Shown: positions 37,834 through 49,128 of the stretch, in pieces
Layout: every line of letters begins with the position of its first letter
How positions within the stretch are numbered: position 1 is the first letter of the stretch
Source of the DNA: an uncultured archaeon
Lineage (GTDB): Archaea > Asgardarchaeota > Thorarchaeia > Thorarchaeales > Thorarchaeaceae
Reading direction: 5' to 3'
Assembly: GCA_964558645.1 (NCBI GenBank)
Contig: CAZLEV010000001.1
Coordinates: 447,579 to 511,578 of the forward strand
DNA length: 64,000 nucleotides
Translations under genes and position numbers: made by a program
Notes under the pieces: model-generated
Told to the model about the DNA's origin: nothing
What the model saw: only the letters and a program-made list of their open reading frames with translations
Database searches by the model: none

Positions 37834-39615
37834 ATGACTGTCGAAGAGATGCGGTGGGATTTGACCCAACTTGTGAAGGACTCCGACCCCGACTCAATCG
37901 TCAAGGATATGGAACGGGCGGTTGACAAGGCACGGGAGTTCCGTGATAGATACAGAGGCGACATTCCGGAAACTGATGCTGCAGGGCTGCTTGAGGTATT
38001 GGAAACCAAGGATGAGATGGAGCTCGAGTTTGAAGGCCCATTCATGTTCAGTTTTCTGATGTATTCTGCAGACTCAACATCGGGAACTGCGAAGCGACTC
38101 AACGACGCCGCTAGGAATGCCCGGATGAAGATTGGTCAGGCCCTAGCATTTCTTGATCTAGAGATTGGTAAGTTGCTGTCCGAGAAACCCGAGATAGTGG
38201 ACAACCCCGAAGTAGATGAATACAAGCACTATCTCGAACGCATCAAGCGGCGTATCCCACACATGCTCTCAGAGAAAGAGGAGCAGCTCATCATCACGAA
38301 AGACAAGAATGGAATCAACGCCTGGCAGCAGCTCCAAGGCGACTGGCTGTCGACGAGGACCTTTCAGATCGAAATTGATGGTGAGATGAAGACCATGCCC
38401 TATGGTGAGATCATCGGGCTCTATCAACACACTGACCGAGATGTGCGTAGACGGGCAAATCAGATTGTCTACAAGGGTCTGGGTGAAGATGAAATCCTCT
38501 GGGCAAGTGCGATACGTGCTGTCAGTTCTGACCATCTCCAAATGTGTGAGTGGAGAAACTATGAATCCCCCATGACGCAGAGCCTAATTTCCAACGATGT
38601 TAACAGTGCGGCCATCGATGCCCTCCTAGAAACCATAGAGGCCAATGTTGACCTTTACCGTGACTACTTGCGACTCAAGGCAAAACTCATGAATTTGAAG
38701 AGGTTGGGTAACTGGGACATTCTTGCACCCCTCCCTAATGCTCCGGAGAAGAAATATGAGTGGGGCGAAACGCGAGACGAGGTTGTCGGCGCCTATACCA
38801 GCTTCGACGCCCAGGTAGGAAAGTGGGTCGATGAGATGTTTGACAAGCATCACATCGACAGTGAAGTTCGGAAGGGTAAACGTTCTGGTGCTTTTTGTGC
38901 CAGTTGGCTTGCAGGTAAGAGCGCCTACATCCTATCTTCATTCAATGGTCAACTGGGAGATGTGTTCACCCTCGCCCACGAGAATGGCCATGCAGTACAT
39001 GATTATCTCATGGCTCGTGCGCAGAAGCCCTCGAACTGTGAGGTTGGATCGTGTATCGCGGAGTGCGGTTCCATCTTTGGAGAGTTGCTGCTCACCGAGC
39101 GCCTCTTGAGTTCTGCGGAGTCTAAGGAACAGAAACAGGCGGTACTGGCGGCGGTGCTTGATGAGTTCGGAATGGCTGCGTTCCAGGTCTCCGCTCGTGT
39201 GTTCTTCGAGAAGAGCCTGTACCAGGCAATTGAGGACGGCAGATTCTTGGATGGTGAAACCGTTGCAGACCTCTGGGTCAAAGGCCGCGATAAGATATAT
39301 GGAGATGCGGTGGAATGGCTCGACGCCATGAAGTGGGAGTGGACAATGAAGGTTCACTATTACATGCCACGATATCGATTCTACAACTATCCCTATGTGT
39401 TTGCTCAACTGTTCGTATATTCTTTATACAGTTTGTATAAGGAAAAGGGCGAGGAGTTCGTACCAAAACTCAAGAATCTCTTAGCGGCAGGATCGAGCAA
39501 ACCGCCTGCGGAGCTGGCCGAGGAGCTTGGTTTTGATATCGGTAGCACCAAGTTCTGGCAGAAGGGCATGGACCAGGCTGCAGAGTTCATTGAGATGCTG
39601 AAGGACACAGTTTAG
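37834..39615 (+). CDS. pepF: Oligoendopeptidase F (M3B)
   Basis: WDL, GKRSGAFC, TLAHENGHAVH, FYNYPY. Confidence 0.93.
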   Translation: MTVEEMRWDLTQLVKDSDPDSIVKDMERAVDKAREFRDRYRGDIPETDAAGLLEVLETKDEMELEFEGPFMFSFLMYSADSTSGTAKRLNDAARNARMKIGQALAFLDLEIGKLLSEKPEIVDNPEVDEYKHYLERIKRRIPHMLSEKEEQLIITKDKNGINAWQQLQGDWLSTRTFQIEIDGEMKTMPYGEIIGLYQHTDRDVRRRANQIVYKGLGEDEILWASAIRAVSSDHLQMCEWRNYESPMTQSLISNDVNSAAIDALLETIEANVDLYRDYLRLKAKLMNLKRLGNWDILAPLPNAPEKKYEWGETRDEVVGAYTSFDAQVGKWVDEMFDKHHIDSEVRKGKRSGAFCASWLAGKSAYILSSFNGQLGDVFTLAHENGHAVHDYLMARAQKPSNCEVGSCIAECGSIFGELLLTERLLSSAESKEQKQAVLAAVLDEFGMAAFQVSARVFFEKSLYQAIEDGRFLDGETVADLWVKGRDKIYGDAVEWLDAMKWEWTMKVHYYMPRYRFYNYPYVFAQLFVYSLYSLYKEKGEEFVPKLKNLLAAGSSKPPAELAEELGFDIGSTKFWQKGMDQAAEFIEMLKDTV

Positions 39616-39769
39616 TCATCGAGAGGGGATTCGCTAGGGAAATGGCCGTGCTTCAGGGCTCGGGTATCCTCTCCAGTTCCTGGAGAAACTACTCAGTATA
39701 GTCATATCCCAGCATTGAGAAATGATATATGAGCTCCATCGTAACTAGCTGCATGAGGTTATATAGGTC

Positions 39770-40369
39770 ATGGAGGTTATGTGGCCAGCAGTCTGTTGTG
39801 GCTGCGGTGGGTTCAACTCCAATCTGGAGCATTGGACTTATGCTTGGTGGAAGGAAACCGGGTGGAGATGTATGGGGCCAAGTGTTATCAGAAAGAAATC
39901 CCTTAGTATCCATGCCCACCTTTGTCCTGACTGCTTGGAGCGAGCCCGAGGCGAAACTCGAGGTCCCTTTCTGACGAGCTGGGCTCTTTTCGTGATTCTT
40001 CTCTCTGTAGCAATCTCTATCACAGCAATCTACAGGTTTGATCCAGTAGTACCATTTGTGGCGTTTGTAACTCTTGTTTCCATTCCTATCCTAGTAATCT
40101 GGGTCTACACAGAACACGTACTGAATCCTTTCTTGTACTACATGGGAATCAAGAATTACACCAATAGAATCAAGATGATCTTTCGCTCTCCAATCTTTGC
40201 CGCGAGATTCTGGCTGCATAACCCGTCTCTCCCTATTGAAGTAAGGACCGAATACACGGGGCACAAGGATATTCTGGATCAGGAGAAGTGCTGCATGTCG
40301 TTCTGTTTTGTAGGTCTGCTCACGCCAATGGCAATCATGTACATTCTCGGTATGCTCTTTGGATTCTAG
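39770..40369 (+). CDS. Membrane protein with N-terminal zinc-binding motifs
   Basis: WPAVCCGCG...LCPDC, three TM helices. Confidence 0.65.
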   Translation: MEVMWPAVCCGCGGFNSNLEHWTYAWWKETGWRCMGPSVIRKKSLSIHAHLCPDCLERARGETRGPFLTSWALFVILLSVAISITAIYRFDPVVPFVAFVTLVSIPILVIWVYTEHVLNPFLYYMGIKNYTNRIKMIFRSPIFAARFWLHNPSLPIEVRTEYTGHKDILDQEKCCMSFCFVGLLTPMAIMYILGMLFGF

Positions 40370-40445
40370 GGAGGAGTTCTGCTCTCGCGAAAGACCAAGG
40401 CAACTCACGATAGAGCAAATGGATTCCTTAGGGCCTAGTCCGTCT

Positions 40446-40895
40446 TCAGTCTTTAACAGCGAGTTTCCTGAGGAATCTGAGAGTTACCTTACACATCGCG
40501 TTATTGGTCTCCCCTACTCGGAGACCATGGCCTGCCCATTCGTATATCTTCGGTTCATACTTGCAGTCAGCTTCCTCTGGAATCTAAACGCGATTGTATG
40601 AATGACGCACAGAGAAATAGTCATCATTTTTTTCATGATTGATGAGCACTGGAAACCTGATGCCATGGACGTGAGCGATGGGGGATGCGTTTCTGTAGGC
40701 CTTTGACCTCGTTTTGGGAGTCCCTTCGAGCCTCCAATAGAGGGCTTCAGGGCTGTCTTCTATTTCGTAGAACCACTTGGCCAGGTCCGCCACACACCAA
40801 TTGTGTACAAGCGCCCTTAGATTGGTTTCCAGAGCCGCCATCAATGCATGGTAAGAACCGTGACCATCGCCGAGGTTGACCATTGGTTCCCTATA
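40446..40895 (-). pseudogene. Degenerate S9 peptidase C-terminal fragment
   Basis: GDGHGSY (no Ser nucleophile), ASPIAHV..FPVLINHEKND, in-frame TAG at 40584-40586, then IYEWAGHGL. Confidence 0.65.
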
Positions 40896-40896
40896 T

Positions 40897-41193
40897 TCAG
40901 TCATCTGTTTTACTAAATCTAGTTGCCTCAGATAGAAGACGGCAGTAGATGGAAAGGGCCTCTTTTTCGTCATCGATGCCTTGAACAAGTGCACCTCCCG
41001 TTGACATCACCGTCACCGACACCCCCGACTCTAGCTTGACTATAATCGATGCCCCTCTGTTTGTCAGTTGATAATCGTCTCCAAGACGCTTAGCGAAACT
41101 GTTGAGATCGAGATTCAACCGGTTACCCGGTGATACTCTGTAGCTCTTCTCACATATCATTGTGACAGTGGGTTCATCAGATACACGGCTCAT
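40897..41193 (-). CDS. Hypothetical protein (resembles the ThiF/MoeB C-terminal extension)
   Basis: C...SYRVSP, GGALVQG.DDEKEA..IY. Confidence 0.55.
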   Translation of the reverse strand: MSRVSDEPTVTMICEKSYRVSPGNRLNLDLNSFAKRLGDDYQLTNRGASIIVKLESGVSVTVMSTGGALVQGIDDEKEALSIYCRLLSEATRFSKTDD

Positions 41194-41373
41194 AGTACAA
41201 CGACACTAGTCGTAGGCCGACTCTTTTCAGGTTTTTTCTTCTCGATTCTCAGTTCATCGCTACCCCCATCTTCTTACCCGTCTCTACAGCTATCCTGTGC
41301 TGTGCTTACCATTTGGATACTAACACACTTATTAATCACTAAACTATAGTGAAAATGTGGAGAATCACCGATC

Positions 41374-42564
41374 ATGAAACCGATTGAAGTTGTGAAAGAT
41401 GTCTATTGGGTTGGAGCAATCGACTATGACGTTCGCCATTTTCACGGGTACAGCTATACTACACATCACGGCACAACGTACAACGCATACTTGGTAGTTG
41501 GAGAGAAGATAGCTCTCGTAGACGCAGTGCTTGGTTCGTTCTCAGAGGAGATGTTCTCTAGGATATCTGAGATTGTTGAGCCCGAGAAGATTGACTACAT
41601 GATATCCAACCACACCGAGATGGATCACTCCGGAGCTGTGCCGGATGTATTGAGAACCATGGACAATGCCAAGCTTGTATGCACCCCAAGAGCGGTGGAG
41701 GAGCTGAGAAAGCACTACCCTGACGGGTGGGATATCGAAACAGTCAGGACTGGTGATGAGATCGACCTGAGTGGGAAGACCCTGAGGTTCTATGAGGCTC
41801 CCATGCTACACTGGCCCGAATCCATGTTCACCTACTATGTCGAGGAAGAACTGCTCATGCCCAATGATGCATTCGGGCAGCACTACGCCACGGAGAAGCG
41901 CTTTGCTGACCAAGTGGACCAGCACATCCTCTGGAAAGAAGCGGAGAAATACTATGCAAATATCCTGTGGCCTCTTAGTTCCATGGTACAGCGAAAGATT
42001 GAGGAAGTCTTGGAGCTCGGGCTCCCCATAAAGATCATTGCCCCATCTCACGGTCTAATCTGGAGAGAGAATCCGCTAGAGATTGTGACAAGATATCTTG
42101 CCTGGGCAAAAGGGGAGAGAACCTCGGACAAGGTCATCATCGCTTGGGACACGATGTGGGAGAGCACAACGAAACTGGCTCGAGCAATTGCTGAAGGGAT
42201 CGACAGTGAGGGACTCACACCTTTGATGAGGTTGATACCGCACAATGATAGAAGCGACATCATGGCCGAGTTGCTCGAAGCAAAGGGAATACTTGTCGGG
42301 AGTTCTACGCTTCATAATGACATATTGCCCACTGTCGCACCGGTCTTGTCAGACTTCGAGGTCCTCAAACCGAAGGGAAAGAAGGCTGCAGCATTCGGAT
42401 CTTATGGCTGGGGCGGTGGAGCGGTGAAGAGGATTCAGGAGTCGATGGAACGCGGCAAGATGGACATTGCAATGGAGCCCTTCACTGTGAAGTGGGTTCC
42501 GAACCCTGAAGAGCTCACCGATGCCTACGAGTTCGGTCGTGCATTTGCGAGGTCGGTGAAGTAG
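41374..42564 (+). CDS. fprA: Flavodiiron protein (FprA)
   Basis: GTTYNAY, NHTEMDHSG, HWPES, DAFGQH, PSHG, FGSYGW. Confidence 0.95.
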   Translation: MKPIEVVKDVYWVGAIDYDVRHFHGYSYTTHHGTTYNAYLVVGEKIALVDAVLGSFSEEMFSRISEIVEPEKIDYMISNHTEMDHSGAVPDVLRTMDNAKLVCTPRAVEELRKHYPDGWDIETVRTGDEIDLSGKTLRFYEAPMLHWPESMFTYYVEEELLMPNDAFGQHYATEKRFADQVDQHILWKEAEKYYANILWPLSSMVQRKIEEVLELGLPIKIIAPSHGLIWRENPLEIVTRYLAWAKGERTSDKVIIAWDTMWESTTKLARAIAEGIDSEGLTPLMRLIPHNDRSDIMAELLEAKGILVGSSTLHNDILPTVAPVLSDFEVLKPKGKKAAAFGSYGWGGGAVKRIQESMERGKMDIAMEPFTVKWVPNPEELTDAYEFGRAFARSVK

Positions 42565-42654
42565 CTCTGATTCGCCATTCCAGATTTTGGTGTGGTTGTC
42601 GACAGGACGCGTGATTTACTGACTCGGTATCAGTGTCCTTTCTTGAAGCACGAG

Positions 42655-43560
42655 TCAGAAGCCGAGGATGACTATCGTTACGCCTAGCACGCTCATCACG
42701 GTGCCTAGAATCACCCGCGAGGTTATCTTTTCACCGAGAAAAGGGACTGCAAAGGCAACCCCGAAGATTGGAGCCATCGAATCCAGCAGTGAAGTGATTG
42801 TCGCGCCTACATACTTTGTTGCAGTTGTGTAGAGTAGTGACCCGAAGCCAAAACCGAACAGCGCTGCGACGGCCACAATGCCCGCAGCACGCGTGCTGGG
42901 CTTGGCCATGCCTTTCACTCTTGCCCCTGCGTAAATCGGCAGAAATGCAAGAGATCCGAACACGGAACGGATGAAGTTAGCTGGCAACGGTTCCACTCCC
43001 TCAACTCCCACCTGAAGCAGTGTGACACCAACTGCATATCCCAAGAGAGCTAGCAATGCCAGAACAATGCCAATCACCCTATCGGCCTGCAGGCGGAATT
43101 CTTTGACAGACTCCTTGTTTCGTTCGTACGAGATGATCCCGATTCCAGCTACTGCCAGCACGACACCGCCAAGCTTGGTCACCAACAACGCGTCTCCGAG
43201 AAAGGCAACGCTTAGAAGATAGGTCATGACTGGATACGAGTATGCAATGGGAAAGGCAAATGCAACACCGATTCGGTCTTGTGCTTGGATGTAGAGAGTG
43301 TCTGCAACAACTGGGCCAACAATCGTAAGAGCCAGGATGAAGATAGTGTCGGCGGGGATTGAGAATGGAAATGATCCGTAGAAGATGAGCACCAGTACTG
43401 TCATGAGGCCCAGAGTGATCCAGATCTTTATTCCACTCACTGCAATCGGCCGAATCTCTCCAGCCTGCGACTTGTAAACTGTGACGGAGGCTGCGTAGAG
43501 TACGGCTTCCAAGAGCCCAGCCGATACTCCAATGATCAGAGCTTCTGGGGGCAGCGTCAT
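42655..43560 (-). CDS. DMT/EamA family transporter
   Basis: 10 TM helices, FLGEKIT. Confidence 0.85.
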   Translation of the reverse strand: MTLPPEALIIGVSAGLLEAVLYAASVTVYKSQAGEIRPIAVSGIKIWITLGLMTVLVLIFYGSFPFSIPADTIFILALTIVGPVVADTLYIQAQDRIGVAFAFPIAYSYPVMTYLLSVAFLGDALLVTKLGGVVLAVAGIGIISYERNKESVKEFRLQADRVIGIVLALLALLGYAVGVTLLQVGVEGVEPLPANFIRSVFGSLAFLPIYAGARVKGMAKPSTRAAGIVAVAALFGFGFGSLLYTTATKYVGATITSLLDSMAPIFGVAFAVPFLGEKITSRVILGTVMSVLGVTIVILGF

Positions 43561-43838
43561 GGTATGCCGTTTTGCATCTCTGCCGACTAATACACTCTTG
43601 GGTGTTGGCATCATGGTTATCACGAGAATCGCATCTGAAGCGGTTGTCAGATAAGACACGAATCCGGTTCTTCGAGCAACTACTGTCATGCTCCAAACTA
43701 CCTTAGGCGGACCTCATGCATGTCAGCATATTCGTCAAATGCCGAACACAAATAAGGCAGAACCGAAAACGAGATAACTGTGAAGAGCAATCGTATCAGC
43801 GACTCGTTCGGTCGCGTGGCCGAAGAGGTGTTGGAAAA

Positions 43839-44684
43839 ATGAATGGAGATATGGATTTCAAGACGCTAGTCCTGTATCTGTCGTCAATAGCTCTGGCACT
43901 GTTCTACCTGGTTTACATGCCGTGGACAGCAATGTCAGCATTGGCTCTTGGCATGTGGGAGTGGGTCTACTACTTCTCACTTGTTCTGGGCCTGCTGTTT
44001 CCGTTGTTCTATGCTATTGGTGAAAAGGAGATGTCCTGGTACTGTCTCGGACTTGGCATCTTGATAAACGCGGTAATATGGATGGTCCTCGTGGCCGCCG
44101 AAACACTTGCAGCTCTCATGATCCTTCTTGTTGGACTGTTCTTCTTCTTGACACCAATCTTGAAGAAATACATGTCGGGCAACTGGGACATGATGAAGAA
44201 TGTCATCCACATCCTGATTGGCCTCTTTCTCATACTTGGGGCAGGCTTCCATGCCAACTGGGTTCTCGATGACTTCGTGGGAAACACGAGCATCAACCAC
44301 TATATGCCTCACTTCATCTTCATTGGAGGAGGTATTGCAGTGGTCTTTGGTGTTGTGCTCTTCATGTACGGACTCCTTGATTTGCTCAAGATGTACACTG
44401 CAGGTCCCATAGGAGATGTCTTCGGGAAACTGAGCAAGGTCTTCTACATGTTGATGGTTCTTGTGTTCTTACTAGGCATAACCTTCAATGTGACCTTCTA
44501 CCTTGGAACGAATGCATGGGGTGCAGCCAGCTTCCCGACCTCGATTGCATTCTTCTCAAACATGGCTGTACTCGGTAATTCCAATCTCATAGCTATTCTG
44601 CTAATCATCCTCTACGTGTATGGCATGGGGAAGATAGTAGAAAAGAACGAAGAAGAGCCAGCCCAATCGGCGACAGCCTACTAG
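43839..44684 (+). CDS. Multi-pass membrane protein
   Basis: About 8 hydrophobic helices. Confidence 0.75.
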   Translation: MNGDMDFKTLVLYLSSIALALFYLVYMPWTAMSALALGMWEWVYYFSLVLGLLFPLFYAIGEKEMSWYCLGLGILINAVIWMVLVAAETLAALMILLVGLFFFLTPILKKYMSGNWDMMKNVIHILIGLFLILGAGFHANWVLDDFVGNTSINHYMPHFIFIGGGIAVVFGVVLFMYGLLDLLKMYTAGPIGDVFGKLSKVFYMLMVLVFLLGITFNVTFYLGTNAWGAASFPTSIAFFSNMAVLGNSNLIAILLIILYVYGMGKIVEKNEEEPAQSATAY

Positions 44685-44818
44685 GCAAGTCGCCATTCTT
44701 CTTTTTTTTCGGCCTGACATTGCAAGGTCGGGCAAATTCTCCCGATTCACTCTTGGATTACACAGGAGATCATCTGAGTTCGAAATGCTTACTAGACTCA
44801 AAAGACCAGGCATGTCGC

Positions 44819-45439
44819 ATGTACGGACACGAAGTATTCTCTGCAAACGCGTACAAGTTTCTCTACTACATCAGACATCTCAACAAAGGACGTAATGTGG
44901 AGATGAGTGTTCTCGACTGTGGTGCAGGTGGTCCTCGTCCACCACTCTCAATCTTCCATTTCTATGGATTCTCGACCTTCGGTGTTGAGATTTCACGCGA
45001 GAGTATCTCAGAGGCCGAGGAGTTCTGCAAGAAGAACGGAATCGACTTGAACATCAAACAGGGCGACATGAGGCAGTTGCCTTTTGCAGACGAATCCTTT
45101 GGTTATGTGTATTCACAAAACTCCATCTTTCACCTAACAAAGTCTGACACAGCAAAGGCTATGAACGAGATGAAACGTGTACTGAGTCCTGAAGGTCTAC
45201 TCTACGTGAACTTCCTATCAGTTGACGACCAAGGATTCGGAGAGGGTGAATCCGTCGGCTCAGGTGAGTGGCGGTCAACGGAACACGGTGAATCAACGAT
45301 ACACAGCTACTTCGAGGCTTCTGAGCCAGACTCATACTTCGAAGACATGGATCTGCTCGTCAAGGAGATTATAAAATCGGACCGGAGAGCAGTAGGCTAC
45401 AAGATGGCAACCATAGAGTATGTTGCAAGAAAGGTTTAG
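44819..45439 (+). CDS. Class I SAM-dependent methyltransferase
   Basis: VLDCGAGG, GDMRQLPFADESF, RVLSPEG. Confidence 0.9.
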   Translation: MYGHEVFSANAYKFLYYIRHLNKGRNVEMSVLDCGAGGPRPPLSIFHFYGFSTFGVEISRESISEAEEFCKKNGIDLNIKQGDMRQLPFADESFGYVYSQNSIFHLTKSDTAKAMNEMKRVLSPEGLLYVNFLSVDDQGFGEGESVGSGEWRSTEHGESTIHSYFEASEPDSYFEDMDLLVKEIIKSDRRAVGYKMATIEYVARKV

Positions 45440-45524
45440 TCTGTAACCTGCTGCCAGGTAGCCAACGATTCTTATTGAATTCCGCTATCAGGTCATTCAT
45501 TAGACCACGGGAGAATAATCTCTC

Positions 45525-46055
45525 ATGCAGAAAGCAACATTTGGTGGTGGCTGTTTCTGGTGTACAGAGGCCGTCTTTGAGCGGTTGAAGGGTGTGAAGT
45601 CCGTGACGTCGGGCTATGCAGGGGGACGCACCAAGGATCCAACCTATCAACAGGTTTCAAGCGGTGCGACAGGTCACGCCGAAGTAACGCAGATCGAGTA
45701 TGACCCAGACGTAATCAGCTACGAAGAGCTTCTTGAGGTCTTCTTTGAGACCCATGATCCAACAACTCTGAATCGTCAGGGAAATGACGTGGGAACCCAG
45801 TATCGTAGCATAATCCTGTATCATGATAATGGGCAGAGAGAGATAGCGGAAAGAGTGAGAAAGAAACTCAACCAGAGCGGCAAGTGGGAGAGGCCGATCG
45901 TCACCGAGATTGAGCCGTTAGACAAGTTCTACAGAGCAGAAGACTACCATCAGAACTTCTACAGGAAGAACCCAAATCAGCAGTATTGCCGGTTCATCAT
46001 TCGGCCCAAACTCAACAAGGTTGAAGAAGTCTTTAGACTCAGACTGTCCGAGTGA
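45525..46055 (+). CDS. msrA: Peptide-methionine (S)-S-oxide reductase
   Basis: GGCFWC, GHAEV, HDPT, QYRS, AEDYHQ. Confidence 0.97.
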   Translation: MQKATFGGGCFWCTEAVFERLKGVKSVTSGYAGGRTKDPTYQQVSSGATGHAEVTQIEYDPDVISYEELLEVFFETHDPTTLNRQGNDVGTQYRSIILYHDNGQREIAERVRKKLNQSGKWERPIVTEIEPLDKFYRAEDYHQNFYRKNPNQQYCRFIIRPKLNKVEEVFRLRLSE

Positions 46056-46116
46056 TACACTCTATTTCCAGCATCTACCCCCTGTGTTTCGACAGATTGA
46101 TGCACAGAGTATCGGG

Positions 46117-46563
46117 TCATCTCTCATACCTCTTGAGCATGTCCATTAGCTGTTCAAGGCTCCTGACGATTCCGCGGGAGGATTCGATTGCTCCCATAAC
46201 ATACTGATTCTTGTACATCCGCCCTGCTCCTTTGCGGTTCGCTCGAATGTCTGTATACAAGGCGACTACCGGAATGTCTGACGCCCAAGCCACGCCAATC
46301 TCACATGCAACACCTGTGTCGATAGGAAACTGATCGATGCACGCTACGAGAATGTCAGAGTCGCGTATAGCGTCGGTGTCTACGCGGAATATCTCCTCGT
46401 TGGTAGGAGCTGATGTGAAGGTCATCGGGGTCTCTTGTGGGAGAAACACCTCATAGCCTCTCTTTCTAAGGGCTTCTGCACATTTTGCATTGAACTCCCT
46501 GTCTGCCTCTGAAAACAGTGCGTTAGCCCAGTAGATTTTCTTCACCGATGTATGTGACATCAT
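46117..46563 (-). CDS. Nucleoside 2-deoxyribosyltransferase family protein
   Basis: IY.A..LF, FLPQE, D.GVACEIG. Confidence 0.85.
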   Translation of the reverse strand: MMSHTSVKKIYWANALFSEADREFNAKCAEALRKRGYEVFLPQETPMTFTSAPTNEEIFRVDTDAIRDSDILVACIDQFPIDTGVACEIGVAWASDIPVVALYTDIRANRKGAGRMYKNQYVMGAIESSRGIVRSLEQLMDMLKRYER

Positions 46564-46853
46564 AGGTCGATACCCCAGAGACTACTGGCAATATCAATGC
46601 TTCACATTCCCCCTTGGCATAAAGTCTCAAAACATAGTTGGAAACGAAGGAGAGGCAGGCTAGAGGTCTTGTATATCGGGTCTCTCAAACGGGGTTTCAA
46701 TTCTCCCAACACAGATGCGAAGCAATTGTGAGAAGTATCAGATGACAGATACATGATTGAGATCAATCAGCTGCAGATGTTGATTTGTGCCGTCTCTCTA
46801 CTTGTTGGCTCTTTCTTGATAGCACTTGGATTCCATGACCAGCAATGGGACTG

Positions 46854-47081
46854 TCAAACGTCTTCGAGCTGCGTTTCGATCTGTTCGATGTTGTTTCGGA
46901 TTTCGTTTCCTCGATTCACCAGTTTCTGGATCTCCTTTCGGTAATCAGATACATCCAGTACTCCGTTACGGAGCTCAGACAGCAAATCAGATCGTTGTTT
47001 GCGGATGTCTTCAAATGCCTTCCCCAGAGCAGCATACCGTATCTTGAGCAAGGCTTTGTTCTGTATTGTTTCGGCTTCCAT
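46854..47081 (-). CDS. Small coiled-coil protein
   Basis: GAGGAG RBS; heptad pattern. Confidence 0.6.
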   Translation of the reverse strand: MEAETIQNKALLKIRYAALGKAFEDIRKQRSDLLSELRNGVLDVSDYRKEIQKLVNRGNEIRNNIEQIETQLEDV

Positions 47082-47282
47082 CGCACACTCCCTCTGTGTT
47101 TCCTGCTTAGCTAGTATTAGAACATATCAGATACGAATAGCGCGGTATATAATGCTAGTCCTGATGTAATGGTTCTGAGCATCACAGAATCTCATGTGAG
47201 ATTCGCTTAGTTTATTTGTACACAAGTTCAAAACAAGCAACAGAACGAGGTGCTGGATAAGTTGTCAGATGATAGTTCAGAG

Positions 47283-48155
47283 ATGTCACCAGAGAAAGAC
47301 TCTGCCGATGCGGAGCCTGAGTTTCCTGAAGGGGCAGATGAATTCGTCAAGCAGAGCCGGAAGAGGCGACAGGGTCGTCCTGCGAGAAACAGGAAGAGCA
47401 ATGCTACATTCGCAAGCTTTCTCGTCTGGGCAATTTTCGTGATTTTGTGGTTGTTCTTCTTCGCGGGAGGATTCGGGATATTCGAGAACATAGCTGTCGC
47501 ACTATCGTCGTTCATACTGGTTGGCGGCATTGTAGCTGCAGTATGGACGCCAAGCGGTGCGGGGCCAGAGGGTACTGGATGGCGGATCAATGTTTCAATC
47601 ATGAGTGGAGTGATCTGGTTGGCCTTCATCATTCTATGGCTGCCATTCTGGATGGAGGGGTTCACGCTGTATCAGAACCTTGCTGTATTCCTTGGTTCAA
47701 CACTCCTGCTCATTCTTGTGAATAGCAGTTCGTGGGTGTCAGTTGCTCCCACCATGAGTGACATGAAGAGCCGCAATGCAGCCGGCACGGTGGTCTTCTT
47801 CATATGGATTATCCTCAGCATCTACTGGTTGTGGTTTGAGGCTGGCGGATACGTGTGGGAGCAGAACCTCGCCGTTGGGGTGCTTTCGCTACTGATTGTG
47901 CTCATAATTGAGACAGGCATCTTCAAACCATCCATAGGAACCTCCGGCGACATAGTGAGCCCGTATGTCCCGATTGGCCTGCTATTCGCTTGGCTGGCTA
48001 CACTATTCGTCTGGTTCTGGTTCTTCGGCGAACCCTTCACGGGGTATCAGAACTTGGCTGTTCTCTTCGCCACAATGCTGCTTTACGGTGGGCTTGGATA
48101 CTTCTATGCAAGAAGTCGAAGGGACACCGTCGAAGATCTTGCATGGGAAGACTAG
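47283..48155 (+). CDS. Membrane protein with four internal repeats
   Basis: (F/Y)xx(F/Y/W)(E/Q)N(I/L)AV after W-rich TM helices, four times. Confidence 0.75.
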   Translation: MSPEKDSADAEPEFPEGADEFVKQSRKRRQGRPARNRKSNATFASFLVWAIFVILWLFFFAGGFGIFENIAVALSSFILVGGIVAAVWTPSGAGPEGTGWRINVSIMSGVIWLAFIILWLPFWMEGFTLYQNLAVFLGSTLLLILVNSSSWVSVAPTMSDMKSRNAAGTVVFFIWIILSIYWLWFEAGGYVWEQNLAVGVLSLLIVLIIETGIFKPSIGTSGDIVSPYVPIGLLFAWLATLFVWFWFFGEPFTGYQNLAVLFATMLLYGGLGYFYARSRRDTVEDLAWED

Positions 48156-48325
48156 CACTCAATTGGGTGGAAATGCGTCGGCGTGGTAGGCGTACGACAC
48201 GCTGGCGTGCTTCTCTTCTTTCTGCCTTTCGTTCTTGACTAGTTACTAGGTAGTGAGTCACTTCCCTTGTGAAAACTACTCCCTTTATTAGGAGTGTTCA
48301 CTATTGTGAAGACGAGAGGACGAAC

Positions 48326-48868
48326 ATGGTCATGCCAATCGGACCGCTAATGGTTGAACACAGGTTGATCGAGCGGATGATTGCTCTTATGGGGTTACAG
48401 ATTCAACGCATCGGCGATACTGGTCAAGTAGATGTACACTTCATCGACACCGCAGTCGACTTCATACGCACTTACGCAGATGCATGTCATCATGGAAAAG
48501 AAGAGGACATCCTGTTCAGGGATCTGCAAGAGAAGGATCTTGACCCCAAGGATGAACGTATCATGAACGAGCTCATCGAAGAGCATGCCTGGGCGAGGGT
48601 AACCACTGGGAAGCTGGTTGACGCAAGGAAGCGTTATGCTCAAGGTGAGAAGGAAGCAGTGGATGAGATTATCGAGATCATGAAGAGTCTCGTGGAGTTC
48701 TATCCTAAGCATATCGAGAAAGAGGACCGCGACTTTTTCAAGGCCAGCATGGTATATTTAACACAGGAGGAACGCGATGGCATGCTCGACGAGGAGTACG
48801 AGTTCGACCGGAGATTCATACACGGTATGAATGAGAAAGCTGTAGAGGCCCTCGAGTCAGAACTCTGA
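48326..48868 (+). CDS. Hemerythrin-domain protein
   Basis: EHRLI, HHGKEE..LF, EEH, HIEKED. Confidence 0.9.
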   Translation: MVMPIGPLMVEHRLIERMIALMGLQIQRIGDTGQVDVHFIDTAVDFIRTYADACHHGKEEDILFRDLQEKDLDPKDERIMNELIEEHAWARVTTGKLVDARKRYAQGEKEAVDEIIEIMKSLVEFYPKHIEKEDRDFFKASMVYLTQEERDGMLDEEYEFDRRFIHGMNEKAVEALESEL

Positions 48869-49128
48869 ATTCAGGAGGGTTTATCGTTGCTCACCTGTTC
48901 AAGCGACTCAGCCAAGTTGTGTGATACAGGCCGTGTCAAGATCAGTCCTTATTCGATAGCTCTTGAGAAGAGTGCGGACACAAGAGAGCAGATGTCGATC
49001 TACTCGTTGACAAAGTGAGATGGTGATAGCCTTTTTTAGGGCGGGTGTTGTGTAGTAGCCTAGTCAAAGACCTTTGACTTTGAAACTCAGGGGTTTCCAT
49101 ACAGGGAATTCCGGAGGAGAGAAGAAAT

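Noticed and set aside
40584-40586. In-frame TAG in the S9-like fragment as possible pyrrolysine readthrough
   Set aside because: The nucleophile Ser and the N-terminal domain are missing, so pseudogene decay is the simpler explanation
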